Shown piece by piece: positions 1 through 15,025 of a stretch of 64,000 nt of DNA; position 1 is the stretch's first letter; each line of letters begins with the position of its first letter. The position numbers were made by a program, and so were the translations under genes. This DNA is from the human T2T-CHM13v2.0 reference genome, Homo sapiens: NCBI RefSeq assembly GCF_009914755.1, contig NC_060927.1. One strand, given 5' to 3'. The notes beneath the pieces are model-generated. The model had not been told where the DNA came from. It saw nothing but the letters and a program-made list of their open reading frames with translations, and did no database searches.

Positions 1-2270
1 TTTTATTCTGTACATAAAATATCAAAGAACACCAGATATATATTCTATAGTGTACATAAAATATCAAAGTACTCAAACTATACATTATATACTGTACATA
101 AAATATGAAATTACATCAAATATATATTAGGTACATAAAATATGAAAGTACATCAAATATATATTTTATTCTGTACATAAAATATCAAAGTACACCAGAT
201 ATATATTCTATAGTGTACATAAAATAACAAAGTACACAAACTATAAATTATATAATGTACATAAAATATGAAATTACATCAAATATATATTAGGTACATA
301 AAATATGAAAGTACATCAAATATAGATTATATACTGTACATATAATATCAATGTACCCGAAATATATATTTTATACTCTACATGAAATATCAAAGTTCAC
401 AAACCATATATTGTATACTGCACATAAAATATCAAAATACCCAAGGTATATATTCTATACTGTACAAAAAATATCAAAGTACCCAAAGCAGGTATTATAT
501 ACTGTACATAAAATATGAAAGTACATCAAATATATATTTTATTCTGTACATAAAATATCAAAGTACACCAGATATATATTCTATAGCGTACATAAAATAT
601 CAAAGTACGCAAACTATACATTATATACTGTACATAAAATATGAAATTACATCAAATATATATTATATTAGGTACATAAAATATGAAAGTACATCAAATA
701 TAGATTATATACTGTACATTTAATACCAAAGTACCCCAAATATATATTTTATACTGAACATGAAATTTCAAAGTTCACAAACTATATATTATATACTGTA
801 CATAAAATATCAAAGTACCCAAGGTATATATTCTATACTGTGCAAAAAATATCAAAGTACCCAAAGCATGTATTATATACTGTATATAAAATATGAAAGT
901 ACATCAAATATATATTTTATTCTGTACATAAAATGTCAAAGTACACCAGATATATATTCTATAGTGTACAAAAAATATCAAAGTACCCAAACTATACATT
1001 ATATACTGTACATAAAATATGAAATTACATCAAATATATATTATATTAGGTACATAAAATACGAAAGTACATCAAATATAGATTATATACTGTACATAAA
1101 ATATCAAAGTACCCCAATATATATTATATACTGTACATGAAATATCAAAGTTCACAAACTATATATTATGTACTGTACATAAAATATCAAAGTACCCAAG
1201 GTATATATTCTATACTGTACAAAAAATATCAAAGTACCCAAAGCATGTATTATATAATGTACATAAAATATGAAAGTACATCAAATATATATTTTATTCT
1301 GTACATAAAATATCAAAGAACACCAGATATATATTCTATAGTGTACATAAAATATCAAAGTACCCAAACTATACATTATATACTGTACATAAAATATGAA
1401 ATTACATCAAATATATATTATATTAGGTACATAAAATATGAAAGTACATCAAATATAGATTATATACTGTACATAAAATATCAAAGTACCCCAAATATAT
1501 ATTTTATACTCTACATGAAATATCAAACTTCACAAACCATACATTACATACTTTCCATAAAATATCAAAGTACCCATGGCATACATTCTATACTGTACAA
1601 AAGATATCAAAGTACCCAAATCATGTATTATATACTGTACATAAAATATGAAAGTACATCAAATATATATTTTATTCTGTACATAAAATATCAAAGTACA
1701 CCAGATATATATTGTATAGTGTACATAAAATATCAAAGTACCCAAACTATATATTATATACTGTACATAAAATATGAAATTACATCAAATATGTATTATA
1801 TTAGGTACATAAAATATGAAAGTACATCAAATATAGATTATATACCGTACATAAAATATCAAAGTACCCCAAATATATATTATATACTATACATGAAATA
1901 TCAAATATCACAAACTATATATTATATACTGTACATAAAATATCAAAGTACCCAATGTATATATTCTATAGTGTACAAAAAATATCAAAGTACCCAAAGC
2001 ATGTATTATATACCGTACATAAAATATAAAATTACATCAAATATATATTTTATTCTGTACATAAAATATCAAAGTACACCAGATATATATTCTATAGAGT
2101 ACATAAAATATCAAAGTACCCAAACTATACATTACATACTGTACATAAAATATGAAATTACATCAAATATATATTATAATAGGTACATAAAATATGAAAG
2201 TACATCAAATATAGATTATATACTGTACATTAAATACGAAAGTACCCCAAATATATATTTTGTACTGTAC

Positions 2271-2606
2271 ATGAAATATCAAAGTACCCAAGGTATATAT
2301 TCTATACTGTACAAAAAATATCAAAGTACCCAAAGCATGTATTACAAACTGTACATAAAATATGAAAGTCCATCAAATATATATTGTATTCTGTACATAA
2401 AATATGAAAGTACACCAGATATATATTCTATAGTGTACATAAAATATCAAAGTACCCAAACTATACATTATATACTGTACATAAAATATGAAATTACATC
2501 AAATATATATTATATTAGGTACATAAAATATGAAAGTACATCAAATATAGATTATATACTGTACATTAAGTACCAAAGTACCCCAAATATATATTTTATA
2601 CTGTAC
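2271..2606 (+). repeat. 8-monomer variant unit (336 bp; m1/m2 fusion)
   Basis: ATGAAATATCAAAGTACCCAAGGT joins the start of m1 to the body of m2. A second copy lies at 49975-50310. Confidence 0.88.
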
Positions 2607-5600
2607 ATGAAATATCAAAGTTCACAAACTATATATTATATACTGTACATAAAATATCAAAGTACCCAAGGTATATATTCTATACTGTACAAAAAATATC
2701 ACAGTACCCAAAGCATGTATTATATACTGTACATAAAGTATGAAAGTACATCAAATATATATTTTATTCTGTACATAAAATATCGAGGTACACCAGATAT
2801 ATATTCTATAGTGTACATAAAATATCAAAGTACCCAAACTATAAATTATATACTGTACATAAAATATGAAATTACATCAAATATATATTATATTAGGTAC
2901 ATAAAATATGAAAGTACATCAAATATAGATTATATACTCTACATTAAATACCAAAGTACCCCAAATATATATTTTATACTGTACATGAAATATCAAAGTT
3001 CACAAAGTATATATTATATACTGTACATAAAATATCAAAGTACCCAAGGTATATATTCTATACTGTACAAAAGATATCAAAGTACCCAAAGCATGTATTA
3101 TATACTGTACATAAAATATGAAAGTACATCATATATATATTTTATTCTGTACATAAAATATTAAAGTACACCAGATATATATTCTATAGTGTACATAAAA
3201 TATCAAAGTACCCAAACTATACATTATATACTGTACATAAAATATGAAATTACATCAAATATATATTAAGTACATAAAATATGAAAGTACATCAAATATG
3301 GATTATATTCTGTACATAAAATATCAATGTACACCAAATATATATTATATACTCTACATGAAATATCAAAGTTCACAAACTATATATTGTATACTGTCCA
3401 TAAAATATCAAAGTACCCAAGGTATATATTCTATACTGTACAAAAAATATCAAAGTACCCAAAGCATGTATTATATACTGTACCTAAAATATGAAAGTAC
3501 ATCAAATATATATTTTATTCTGTACATAAAATATCAAAGTACACCAGATATATATTCTATAGTGTATATAAAATATCAAAGTACCCAAACTATACATTAT
3601 ATACTGTACATAAAATATGAAATTACATCAAATATATATTATATTAGGTACATAAAATATGAAAGTACATCAAATATAGATTATATACTGTACATAAAAT
3701 ATCAAAGTACCCCGAATATATATTATATACTCTACATGAAATATCAAAGTTCACAAACTATATATTATATACTGTACATAAAATATCAAAGTACCCAAGG
3801 TATATATTCTATACTGTACAAAAAATATCAAGGTACCCAAAGCATGTATTATATACTGTACATAAAATATGAAAGTACATCAAATATATATTTTATTCTG
3901 TACATAAAATATCAAAGTACACCAGATATATATTCTATAGTGTATATAAAATATCAAAGTACCCAAACTATACATTATATACTGTACATAAAATATGAAA
4001 TTACATCAAATATATATTATATTAGGTACATAAAATATGAAAGTACATGAAGTATAGATTATATACTGTACATAAAATATCAAAGTACCCCAAATTTATA
4101 TTATATACTATACATGAAATATCAAAGTTCACAAACTATATATTATATACTGTACATAAAATATCAAAGTACCCAAGGTATATATTCTATAGTGTACAAA
4201 AAATATCAAAGTACCCAAAGCATGTATTATATACCGTACATAAAATATAAAATTACATCAAATATATATTTTATTCTGTACATAAAATATCAAAGTACAC
4301 CAGATATATATACTATAGTGTACATAAAATATCAAAGTACCCAAACTATACATTATACACTGTACATAAAATATGAAATTACATCAAATATATATTAGGT
4401 ACATAAAATATGAAAGTACATCAAATATAGATTATATACTGTAAATATAATATCAATGTACCCCAAATATATATTTTATACTCTACATGAAATATCAAAG
4501 TTCACAAACCATATATTATATACTGTACATAAAATATCAAAGTACCCAAGGTATATATTCTATACTGTACAAAAAATATCAAAGTACCCAAAGCATGTAT
4601 TATATACTATACCTAAAATATGAAAGTACATCAAATATATATTTTATTCTGTACAGAAAATATCAAAGTACACCAGATATATATTCTACAGTGTACATAA
4701 AATATCAAAGTACCCAAACTATACATTATATACTGTACATAAAATATGAAATTACATCAAATATATATTATATTAGGTACATAAAATACGAAAGTACATC
4801 AAATATAGATTATATACTGTACATAAAATATCAAAGTACCCCAATATATATTATATACTGTACATGAAATATCAAAGTTCACAAACTATATATTATGTAC
4901 TGTACATAAAATATCAAAGTACCCAAGGTATATATTCTATACTGTACAAAAAATATCAAAGTACCCAAAGCATGTATTATATAATGTACATAAAATATGA
5001 AAGTACATCAAATATATATTTTATTCTGTACATAAAATATCAAAGTACACCAGATATATATTCTATAGCGTACATAAAATATCAAGGTACACAAACTATA
5101 CATTATATACTGTACATAAAATATGAAATTACATCAAATATATATTATATTAGGTAAATGAAATATGAAAGTACATCAAATATAGATTATATACTGTACA
5201 TAAAATATGAAAGTACCCCAAATATATATTATATACTCTACATGAAATATCAAAGTTCACAAACTATATATTATATACTGTACATAAAATATCAAAGTAC
5301 CCAAGGTATATATTCTATACTGTACAAAAAATATCAAAGTATCCAAAGCATGTATTATATACTGTATATAAAATATGAAAGTACATCAAATATATATTTT
5401 ATTCTGTACATAAAATATCAAAGTACACCAGATATATATTCTATAGCGTACATAAAATATCAAAGTGCACAAACTATACATTATATACTGTACATAAAAT
5501 ATGAAATTACATCAAATATATATTATATTAGGTACATAAAATATGAAAGTACATCAAATATAGATTATATACTGTAAATATAATATCAATGTACCCCAAA

Positions 5601-8600
5601 TATATATTTTATACTCTACATGAAATATCAAAGTTCACAAACCATATATTATATACTGTACATAAAATATCAAAGTACCCAAGGTATATATTCTATACTG
5701 TACAAAAAATATCAAAATACCCAAAGCATGTATTATATACTGTACATAAAATATGAAAGTACATCAAATATATATTTTATTCTGTACATAAAATATCAAA
5801 GTACACCAGATATATATTCTATAGTGTACATAAAATATCAAAGTACCCAAACTATACATTATATACTGTACATAAAATATGAAATTACATCAAATATATA
5901 TTATATTAGGTAAATGAAATATGAAAGTACATCAAATATAGATTATATACTGTACATAAAATATGAAAGTACCCCAAATATATATTATATACTCTACATG
6001 AAATATCAAAGTTCACAAACTATATATTATATACTGTACATAAAATATCAAAGTACCCAAGGTATATATTCTATACTGTACAAAAAATATCAAAGTATCC
6101 AAAGCATGTATTATATACTGTATATAAAATATGAAAGTACATCAAATATATATTTTATTCTGTACATAAAATATCAAAGTACACCAGATATATATTCTAT
6201 AGTGTACATAAAATATCAAAGTACCCAAACTATAGATTATATACTGTACATAAAATATGAAATTACAGCAAATATATATTATATTAGGTACATAAAATAT
6301 GAAAGTACATCAAATATAGATTATATACTCTACATTAAATACCAAAGTACCCCAAATATATATTTTATACTGTACATGAAATATCAAAGTTCACAAACTA
6401 TATATTATATACTGTACATAAAATATCAATGTACCCAAGGTATATATTCTATACTGCACAAAAAATATCAAAGTACCCAAAGCATGTATTATATACTGTA
6501 TATAAAATATGAAAGTACATCAAATATATATTTTATTCTGTACATAAAATATCAAAGTACACCAGATATATATTCTATAGTGTACATAAAATATCAAAGT
6601 ACCCAAACAATACATTATATACTGTACATAAAATATGAAATTACATCAAATATATATTATATTAGGTACATTAAATACGAAAGTACATCAAATATAGATT
6701 ATATACTGTACATAAAATATGAAAGTACCCCAATATATATTATATACTCTACATGAAATATCAAAGTTCACAAACTATATATTATGTACTGTACATAAAA
6801 TATCAAACTACCCAAGGTATATATTCTATACTGTACAAAAAATATCAAAGTACCCAAAGCATGTATTATATAATGTACATAAAATATGAAAGTACATCAA
6901 ATATATATTTTATTCTGTACATAAAATATCAAAGTACACCAGATATATATTCTATAGTGTACATAAAATAACAAAGTACACAAACTATAAATTATATACT
7001 GTACATAAAATATGAAATTACATCAAATATATATTAGGTACATAAAATATGAAAGTACATCAAATATAGATTATATACTGTACATATAATATCAATGTAC
7101 CCGAAATATATATTTTATACTCTACATGAAATATCAAAGTTCACAAACCATATATTGTATACTGCACATAAAATATCAAAATACCCAAGGTATATATTCT
7201 ATACTGTACAAAAAATATCAAAGTACCCAAAGCAGGTATTATATACTGTACATAAAATATGAAAGTACATCAAATATATATTTTATTCTGTACATAAAAT
7301 ATCAAAGTACACCAGATATATATTCTATAGCGTACATAAAATATCAAAGTACCCAAACTATACATTATATACTGTACATAAAATATGAAATTACATCAAA
7401 TATATATTATATTAGGTACATAAAATATGAAAGTACATCAAATATAGATTATATACTGTAAATATAATATCAATGTACCCCAAATATATATTTTATACTC
7501 TACATGAAATATCAAAGTTCACAAACCATATATTATATACTGTACATAAAATATCAAAGTACCCAAGGTATATATTCTATACTGTACAAAAAATATCAAA
7601 GTACCCAAAGCATGTATTATATACTGTACATAAAATATGAAAGTACATCAAATATATATTTTATTCTGTACATAAAATATCAAAGTACACCAGATATATA
7701 TTCTATAGTGTACATAAAATATCAAATTACCCAAACTATACATTATATACTGTACATAAAATATGAAATTACATCAAATATATATTATATTAGGTAAATG
7801 AAATATGAAAGTACATCAAATATAGATTATATACTGTACATAAAATATGAAAGTACCCCAAATATATATTATATACTCTACATGAAATATCAAAGTTCAC
7901 AAACTATATATTATATACTGTCCATAAAATATCAAAGTACCCAAGGTATATATTTTATACTGTACAAAAAATATCAAAGTACCCAAAGCATGTATTATAT
8001 ACTATACCTAAAATATGAAAGTACATCAAATATATATTTTATTCTGTACATAAAATATCAAAGTACACCAGATATATATTCTACAGTGTATATAAAATAT
8101 CAAAGTACCCAAACTATACATTATATACTGTACATAAAATATGAAATTACATCAAATATATATTATATTAGGTACATAAAATATGAAAGTACATGAAGTA
8201 TAGATTATATACTGTACATAAAATATCAAAGTACCCCAAATTTATATTATATACTATACATGAAATATCAAAGTTCACAAACTATATATTATATACTGTA
8301 CATAAAATATCAAAGTACCCAAGGTATATATTCTATAGTGTACAAAAAATATCAAAGTACCGAAAGCATGTATTATATACCGTACGTAAAATATAAAATT
8401 ACATCAAATATATATTTTATTCTGTACATAAAATATCAAAGTACACCAGATATATATACTATAGTGTACATAAAATATCAAAGTACCCAAACTATACATT
8501 ATACACTGCACATAAAATATGAAATTACATCAAATATATATTAGGTACATAAAATATGAAAGTACATCAAATATAGATTATATACTGTAAATATAATATC

Positions 8601-11600
8601 AATGTACCCCAAATATATATTTTATACTCTACATGAAATATCAAAGTTCACAAACCATATATTATATACTGTACATAAAATATCAAAGTACCCAAGGTAT
8701 ATATTCTATACTGTACAAAAAATATCAAAGTACCCAAAGCATGTATTATATACTGTACATAAAATATGAAAGTACATCAAATATATATTTTATTCTGTAC
8801 ATAAAATATCAAAGTACACCAGATATATATTCTATAGTGTACATAAAATATCAAAGTACCCAAACTATACATTATATACTGTACATAAAATATGAAATTA
8901 CATCAAATATATATTATATTAGGTACATGAAATTTGAAAGTACATCAAATATAGATTATATACTGTACATAAAATATGAAAGTACCCCAAATATATATTA
9001 TATACTCTACATGAAATATCAAAGTTCACAAACTATATATTATATACTGTACATAAAATATCAAAGTACCCAAGGTATATATTCTATACTGTACAAAAAA
9101 TATCAAAGTATCCAAAGCATGTATTATATACTGTATATAAAATATGAAAGTACATCAAATATATATTTTATTCTGTACATAAAATATCAAAGTACACCAG
9201 ATATATATTCTATAGTGTACATAAAATATCAAAGTACCCAAACTATACATTATATACTGTACATAAAATATGAAATTACAGCAAATATATATTATATTAG
9301 GTACATAAAATATGAAAGTACATCAAATATAGATTATATACTGTACATTAAATACCAAAGTACCCCAAATATATATTTTATACTGTACATGAAATATCAA
9401 AGTTCACAAACTATATATTATATACTGTACATAAAATATCAATGTACCCAAGGTATATATTCTATACTGCACAAAAAATATCAAAGTACCCAAAGCATGT
9501 ATTATATACTGTATATAAAATATGAAAGTACATCAAATATATATTTTATTCTGTACATAAAATATCAAAGTACACCAGATATATATTCTATAGTGTACAT
9601 AAAATATCAAAGTACCCAAACTATACATTATATACTGTACATAAAATATGAAATTACATCAAATATATATTATATTAGGTACATAAAATACGAAAGTACA
9701 TCAAATATAGATTATATACTGTACATAAAATATCAAAGTACCCCAATATATATTATATACTGTACATGAAATATCAAAGTTCACAAACTATATATTATGT
9801 ACTGTACATAAAATATCAAAGTACCCAAGGTATATATTCTATACTGTACAAAAAATATCAAAGTACCCAAAGCATGTATTATATAATGTACATAAAATAT
9901 GAAAGTACATCAAATATATATTTTATTCTGTAAATAAAATATCAAAGTACACCAGATATATATTCTATAGCGTACATAAAATATCAAAGTACACAAACTA
10001 TACATTATATACTGTACATAAAATATGAAATTACATCAAATATATATTATATTAGGTAAATGAAATATGAAAGTACATCAAATATAGATTATATACTGTA
10101 CATAAAATATGAAAGTACCCCAAATATATATTATATACTCTACATGAAATATCAAAGTTCACAAACTATATATTATATACTGTACATAAAATATCAAAGT
10201 ACCCAAGGTATATATTCTATCCTGTACAAAAAATATCAAAGTATCCAAAGCATGTATTATATACTGTATATAAAATATGAAAGTACATCAAATATATATT
10301 TTATTCTGTACATAAAATATCAAAGTACACCAGATATATATTCTATAGCGTACATAAAATATCAAAGTACACAAACTATACATTATATACTGTACATAAA
10401 ATATGAAATTACATCAAATATATATTATATTAGGTACATAAAATATGAAAGTACATCAAATATAGATTATATACTGTAAATATACTATCAATGTACCCCA
10501 AATATATATTTTATACTCTACATGAAATATCAAAGTTCACAAACCATATATTATATACTGTACATAAAATATCAAAGTACCCAAGGTATATATTCTATAC
10601 TGTACAAAAAATATCAAAGTACCCAAAGCATGTATTATATACTGTACATAAAATATGAAAGTACATCAAATATATATTTTATTCTGTACATAAAATATCA
10701 AAGTACACCAGATATATATTCTATAGTGTACATAAAATATCAAAGTACCCAAACTATACATTATATACTGTACATAAAATATGAAATTACATCAAATATA
10801 TATTATATTAGGTAAATGAAATATGAAAGTACATCAAATATAGATTATGTACTGTACATAAAATATGAAAGTACCCCAAATATATATTATATACTCTACA
10901 TGAAATATCAAAGTTCACAAACTATATATTATATACTGTACATAAAATATCAAAGTACCCAAGGTATATATTCTATACTGTACAAAAAATATCAAAGTAT
11001 CCAAAGCATGTATTATATACTGTATATAAAATATGAAAGTACATCAAATATATATTTTATTCTGTACATAAAATATCAAAGTACACCAGATATATATTCT
11101 ATAGTGTACATAAAATATCAAAGTACCCAAACTATACATTATATACTGTACATAAAATATGAAATTACAGCAAATATATATTATATTAGGTACATAAAAT
11201 ATGAAAGTACATCAAATATAGATTATATACTCTACATTAAATACCAAAGTACCCCAAATATATATTTTATACTGTACATGAAATATCAAAGTTCACAAAC
11301 TATATATTATATACTGTACATAAAATATCAATGTACCCAAGGTATATATTCTATACTGCACAAAAAATATCAAAGTACCCAAAGCATGTATTATATACTG
11401 TATATAAAATATGAAAGTACATCAAATATATATTTTATTCTGTACATAAAATATCAAAGTACACCAGATATATATTCTATAGTGTACATAAAATATCAAA
11501 GTACCCAAACTATACATTATATACTGTACATAAAATATGAAATTACATCAAATATATATTATATTAGGTACATAAAATACGAAAGTACATCAAATATAGA

Positions 11601-11654
11601 TTATATACTGTACATAAAATATGAAAGTACCCCAATATATATTATATACTCTAC

Positions 11655-12190
11655 ATGAAATATCAAAGTTCACAAACTATATATTATGTACTGTACATAA
11701 AATATCAAACTACCCAAGGTATATATTCTATACTGTACAAAAAATATCAAAGTACCCAAAGCATGTATTATATAATGTACATAAAATATGAAAGTACATC
11801 AAATATATATTTTATTCTGTACATAAAATATCAAAGAACACCAGATATATATTCTATAGTGTACATAAAATATCAAAGTACCCAAACTATACATTATATA
11901 CTGTACATAAAATATGAAATTACATCATATATATATTAGGTACATAAAATATGAAAGTACATCAAATATATATTTTATTCTGTACATAAAATATCAAAGT
12001 ACACCAGATATATATTCTATAGTGTACATAAAATAACAAAGTACACAAACTATAAAATATATACTGTACATAAAATATGAAATTACATCAAATATATATT
12101 AGGTACATAAAATATGAAAGTACATCAAATATAGATTATATACTGTACATATAATATCAATGTACCCGAAATATATATTTTATACTCTAC
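11655..12190 (+). repeat. 13-monomer variant unit (536 bp; m1-7 then m4-9, two 5-bp deletions)
   Basis: After m7 (ATATATTAGG) the sequence resumes at m4 (TTTTATTCTG). Also at 18425, 25196, 31966, 36092, 41026, 53324 and 60094, and partially at the window start. Confidence 0.88.
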
Positions 12191-14442
12191 ATGAAATATC
12201 AAAGTTCACAAACCATATATTGTATACTGCACATAAAATATCAAAATACACAAGGTATATATTCTATACTGTACAAAAAATATCAAAGTACCCAAAGCAG
12301 GTATTATATACTGTATATAAAATATGAAAGTACATCAAATATATATTTTATTCTGTACATAAAATATCAAAGTACACCAGATATATATTCTATAGTGTAC
12401 ATAAAATATCAAGGTACCCAAACTATATATTATATACTGTACATAAAATATGAAATTACAGCAAATATATATTATATTAGGTACATAAAATATGAAAGTA
12501 CATCAAATATAGATTATATACTGTACATTAAATACCAAAGTACCCCAAATATATATTTTATACTGTACATGAAATATCAAAGTTCACAAACTATATATTA
12601 TATACTGTACATAAAATATCAATGTACCCAAGGTATATATTCTATACTGCACAAAAAATATCAAAGTACCCAAAGCATGTATTATATACTGTATATAAAA
12701 TATGAAAGTACATCAAATATATATTTTATTCTGTACATAAAATATCAAAGTACACCAGATATATATTCTATAGTGTACATAAAATATCAAAGTACCCAAA
12801 CTATACATTATATACTGTACATAAATATGAAATTACATCAAATATATATTATATTAGGTACATAAAATATGAAAGTACATGAAGTATAGATTATATACTG
12901 TAGATAAAATATCAAAGTACCCCAAATTTATATTATATACTCTACATGAAATATCAAAGTTCACAAACTATATATTATATACTGTACATAAAATATCAAA
13001 GTACCCAAGGTATATATTCTATAGTGTACAAAAAATATCAAAGTACCCAAAGCATGTATTATATACCGTACATAAAATATAAAATTACATCAAATATATA
13101 TTTTATTCTGTACATAAAATATCAAAGTACACCAGATATATATACTATAGTGTACATAAAATATCAAAGTACCCAAACTATACATTATACACTGTACATA
13201 AAATATGAAATTACATCAAATATATATTAGGTACATAAAATATGAAAGTACATCAAATATAGATTATATACTGTAAATATAATATCAATGTACCCCAAAT
13301 ATATATTTTATACTCTACATGAAATATCAAAGTTCACAAACCATATATTATATACTGTACATAAAATATCAAAGTACCCAAGGTATATATTCTATACTGT
13401 GCAAAAAATATCAAAGTACCCAAAGCATGTATTATATACTGTATATAAAATATGAAAGTACATCAAATATATATTTTATTCTGTACATAAAATGTCAAAG
13501 TACACCAGATATATATTCTATAGTGTACATAAAATATCAAAGTACCCAAACTATACATTATATACTGTACATAAAATATGAAATTACATCAAATATATAT
13601 TAAGTACATAAAATATGAAAGTACATCAAATATAGATTATATAGTGTACATAAAATATCAATGTACACCAAATATATATTATATACTCTACATGAAATAT
13701 CAAAGTTCACAAACTATATATTATATACTGTCCATAAAATATCAAAGTACCCAAGGTATATATTTTATACTGTACAAAAAATATCAAAGTACCCAAAGCA
13801 TGTATTATATACTATACCTAAAATATGAAAGTACATCAAATATATATTTTATTCTGTACATAAAATATCAAAGTACACCAGATATATATTCTACAGTGTA
13901 TATAAAATATCAAAGTACCCAAACTATACATTATATACTGTACATAAAATATGAAATTACATCAAATATATATTATATTAGGTACATAAAATATGAAAGT
14001 ACATGAAGTATAGATTATATACTGTACATAAAATATCAAAGTACCCCAAATTTATATTATATACTATACATGAAATATCAAAGTTCACAAACTATATATT
14101 ATATACTGTACATAAAATATCAAAGTACCCAAGGTATATATTCTATAGTGTACAAAAAATATCAAAGTACCCAAAGCATGTATTATATACCGTACGTAAA
14201 ATATAAAATTACATCAAATATATATTTTATTCTGTACATAAAATATCAAAGTACACCAGATATATATACTATAGTGTACATAAAATATCAAAGTACCCAA
14301 ACTATACATTATACACTGCACATAAAATATGAAATTACATCAAATATATATTAGGTACATAAAATATGAAAGTACATCAAATATAGATTATATACTGTAA
14401 ATATAATATCAATGTACCCCAAATATATATTTTATACTCTAC

Positions 14443-15025
14443 ATGAAATATCAAAGTTCACAAACCATATATTATATACTGTACATAAAATATCAAAGTA
14501 CCCAAGGTATATATTCTATACTGTACAAAAAATATCAAAGTACCCAAAGCATGTATTATATACTATACCTAAAATATGAAAGTACATCAAATATATATTT
14601 TATTCTGTACATAAAATATCAAAGTACACCAGATATATATTCTATAGTGTACATAAAATAACAAAGTACACAAACTATAAATTATATCCTGTACATAAAA
14701 TATGAAATTACATCAAATATATATTAGGTACATAAAATATGAAAGTACATCAAATATAGATTATATACTGTACATTAAGTACCAAAGTACACCAAATATA
14801 TATTTTATTCTGTACATAAAATATCAAAGTACACCAGATATATATTCTATAGTGTACATAAAATATCAAAGTACCCAAACTATACATTATATACTGTACA
14901 TAAAATATGAAATTACAGCAAATATATATTATATTAGGTAAATGAAATATGAAAGTACATCAAATATAGATTATATACTGTACATAAAATATGAAAGTAC
15001 CCCAAATATATATTATATACTCTAC
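14443..15025 (+). repeat. 14-monomer variant unit (583 bp; m1-9 then m5-9)
   Basis: Hybrid monomer ATTAAGTACCAAAGTACACCAAATATATATTTTATTCTG (m9 start, m4 end) is followed by m5. Also at 22725, 27984, 34754, 56112 and 62505. Confidence 0.88.

Noticed and set aside
882-892. TATAAAA TATA-box-like and TGTACA/GGTACA steroid-receptor half-site motifs
   Set aside because: Such motifs are inevitable in this composition. There is no correctly spaced full palindromic response element or promoter context.
1137-3164. 675-aa ORF and all other Y/I/K-rich 14-aa-repeat ORFs (e.g. 43069-44625, 49705-50868)
   Set aside because: 42 and 378 are multiples of 3 and one frame of the consensus has no stop, so long ORFs arise automatically. 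They are broken freely by stops and by 1- or 5-bp frameshifts that are themselves amplified. There is no promoter, splice or unique context, so they are not called as CDS.
9933-9938. Sporadic + strand AATAAA hexamers (also near 46127, 46920, 60073)
   Set aside because: These are single-base variants expected by chance in A-rich sequence and are not propagated among copies.
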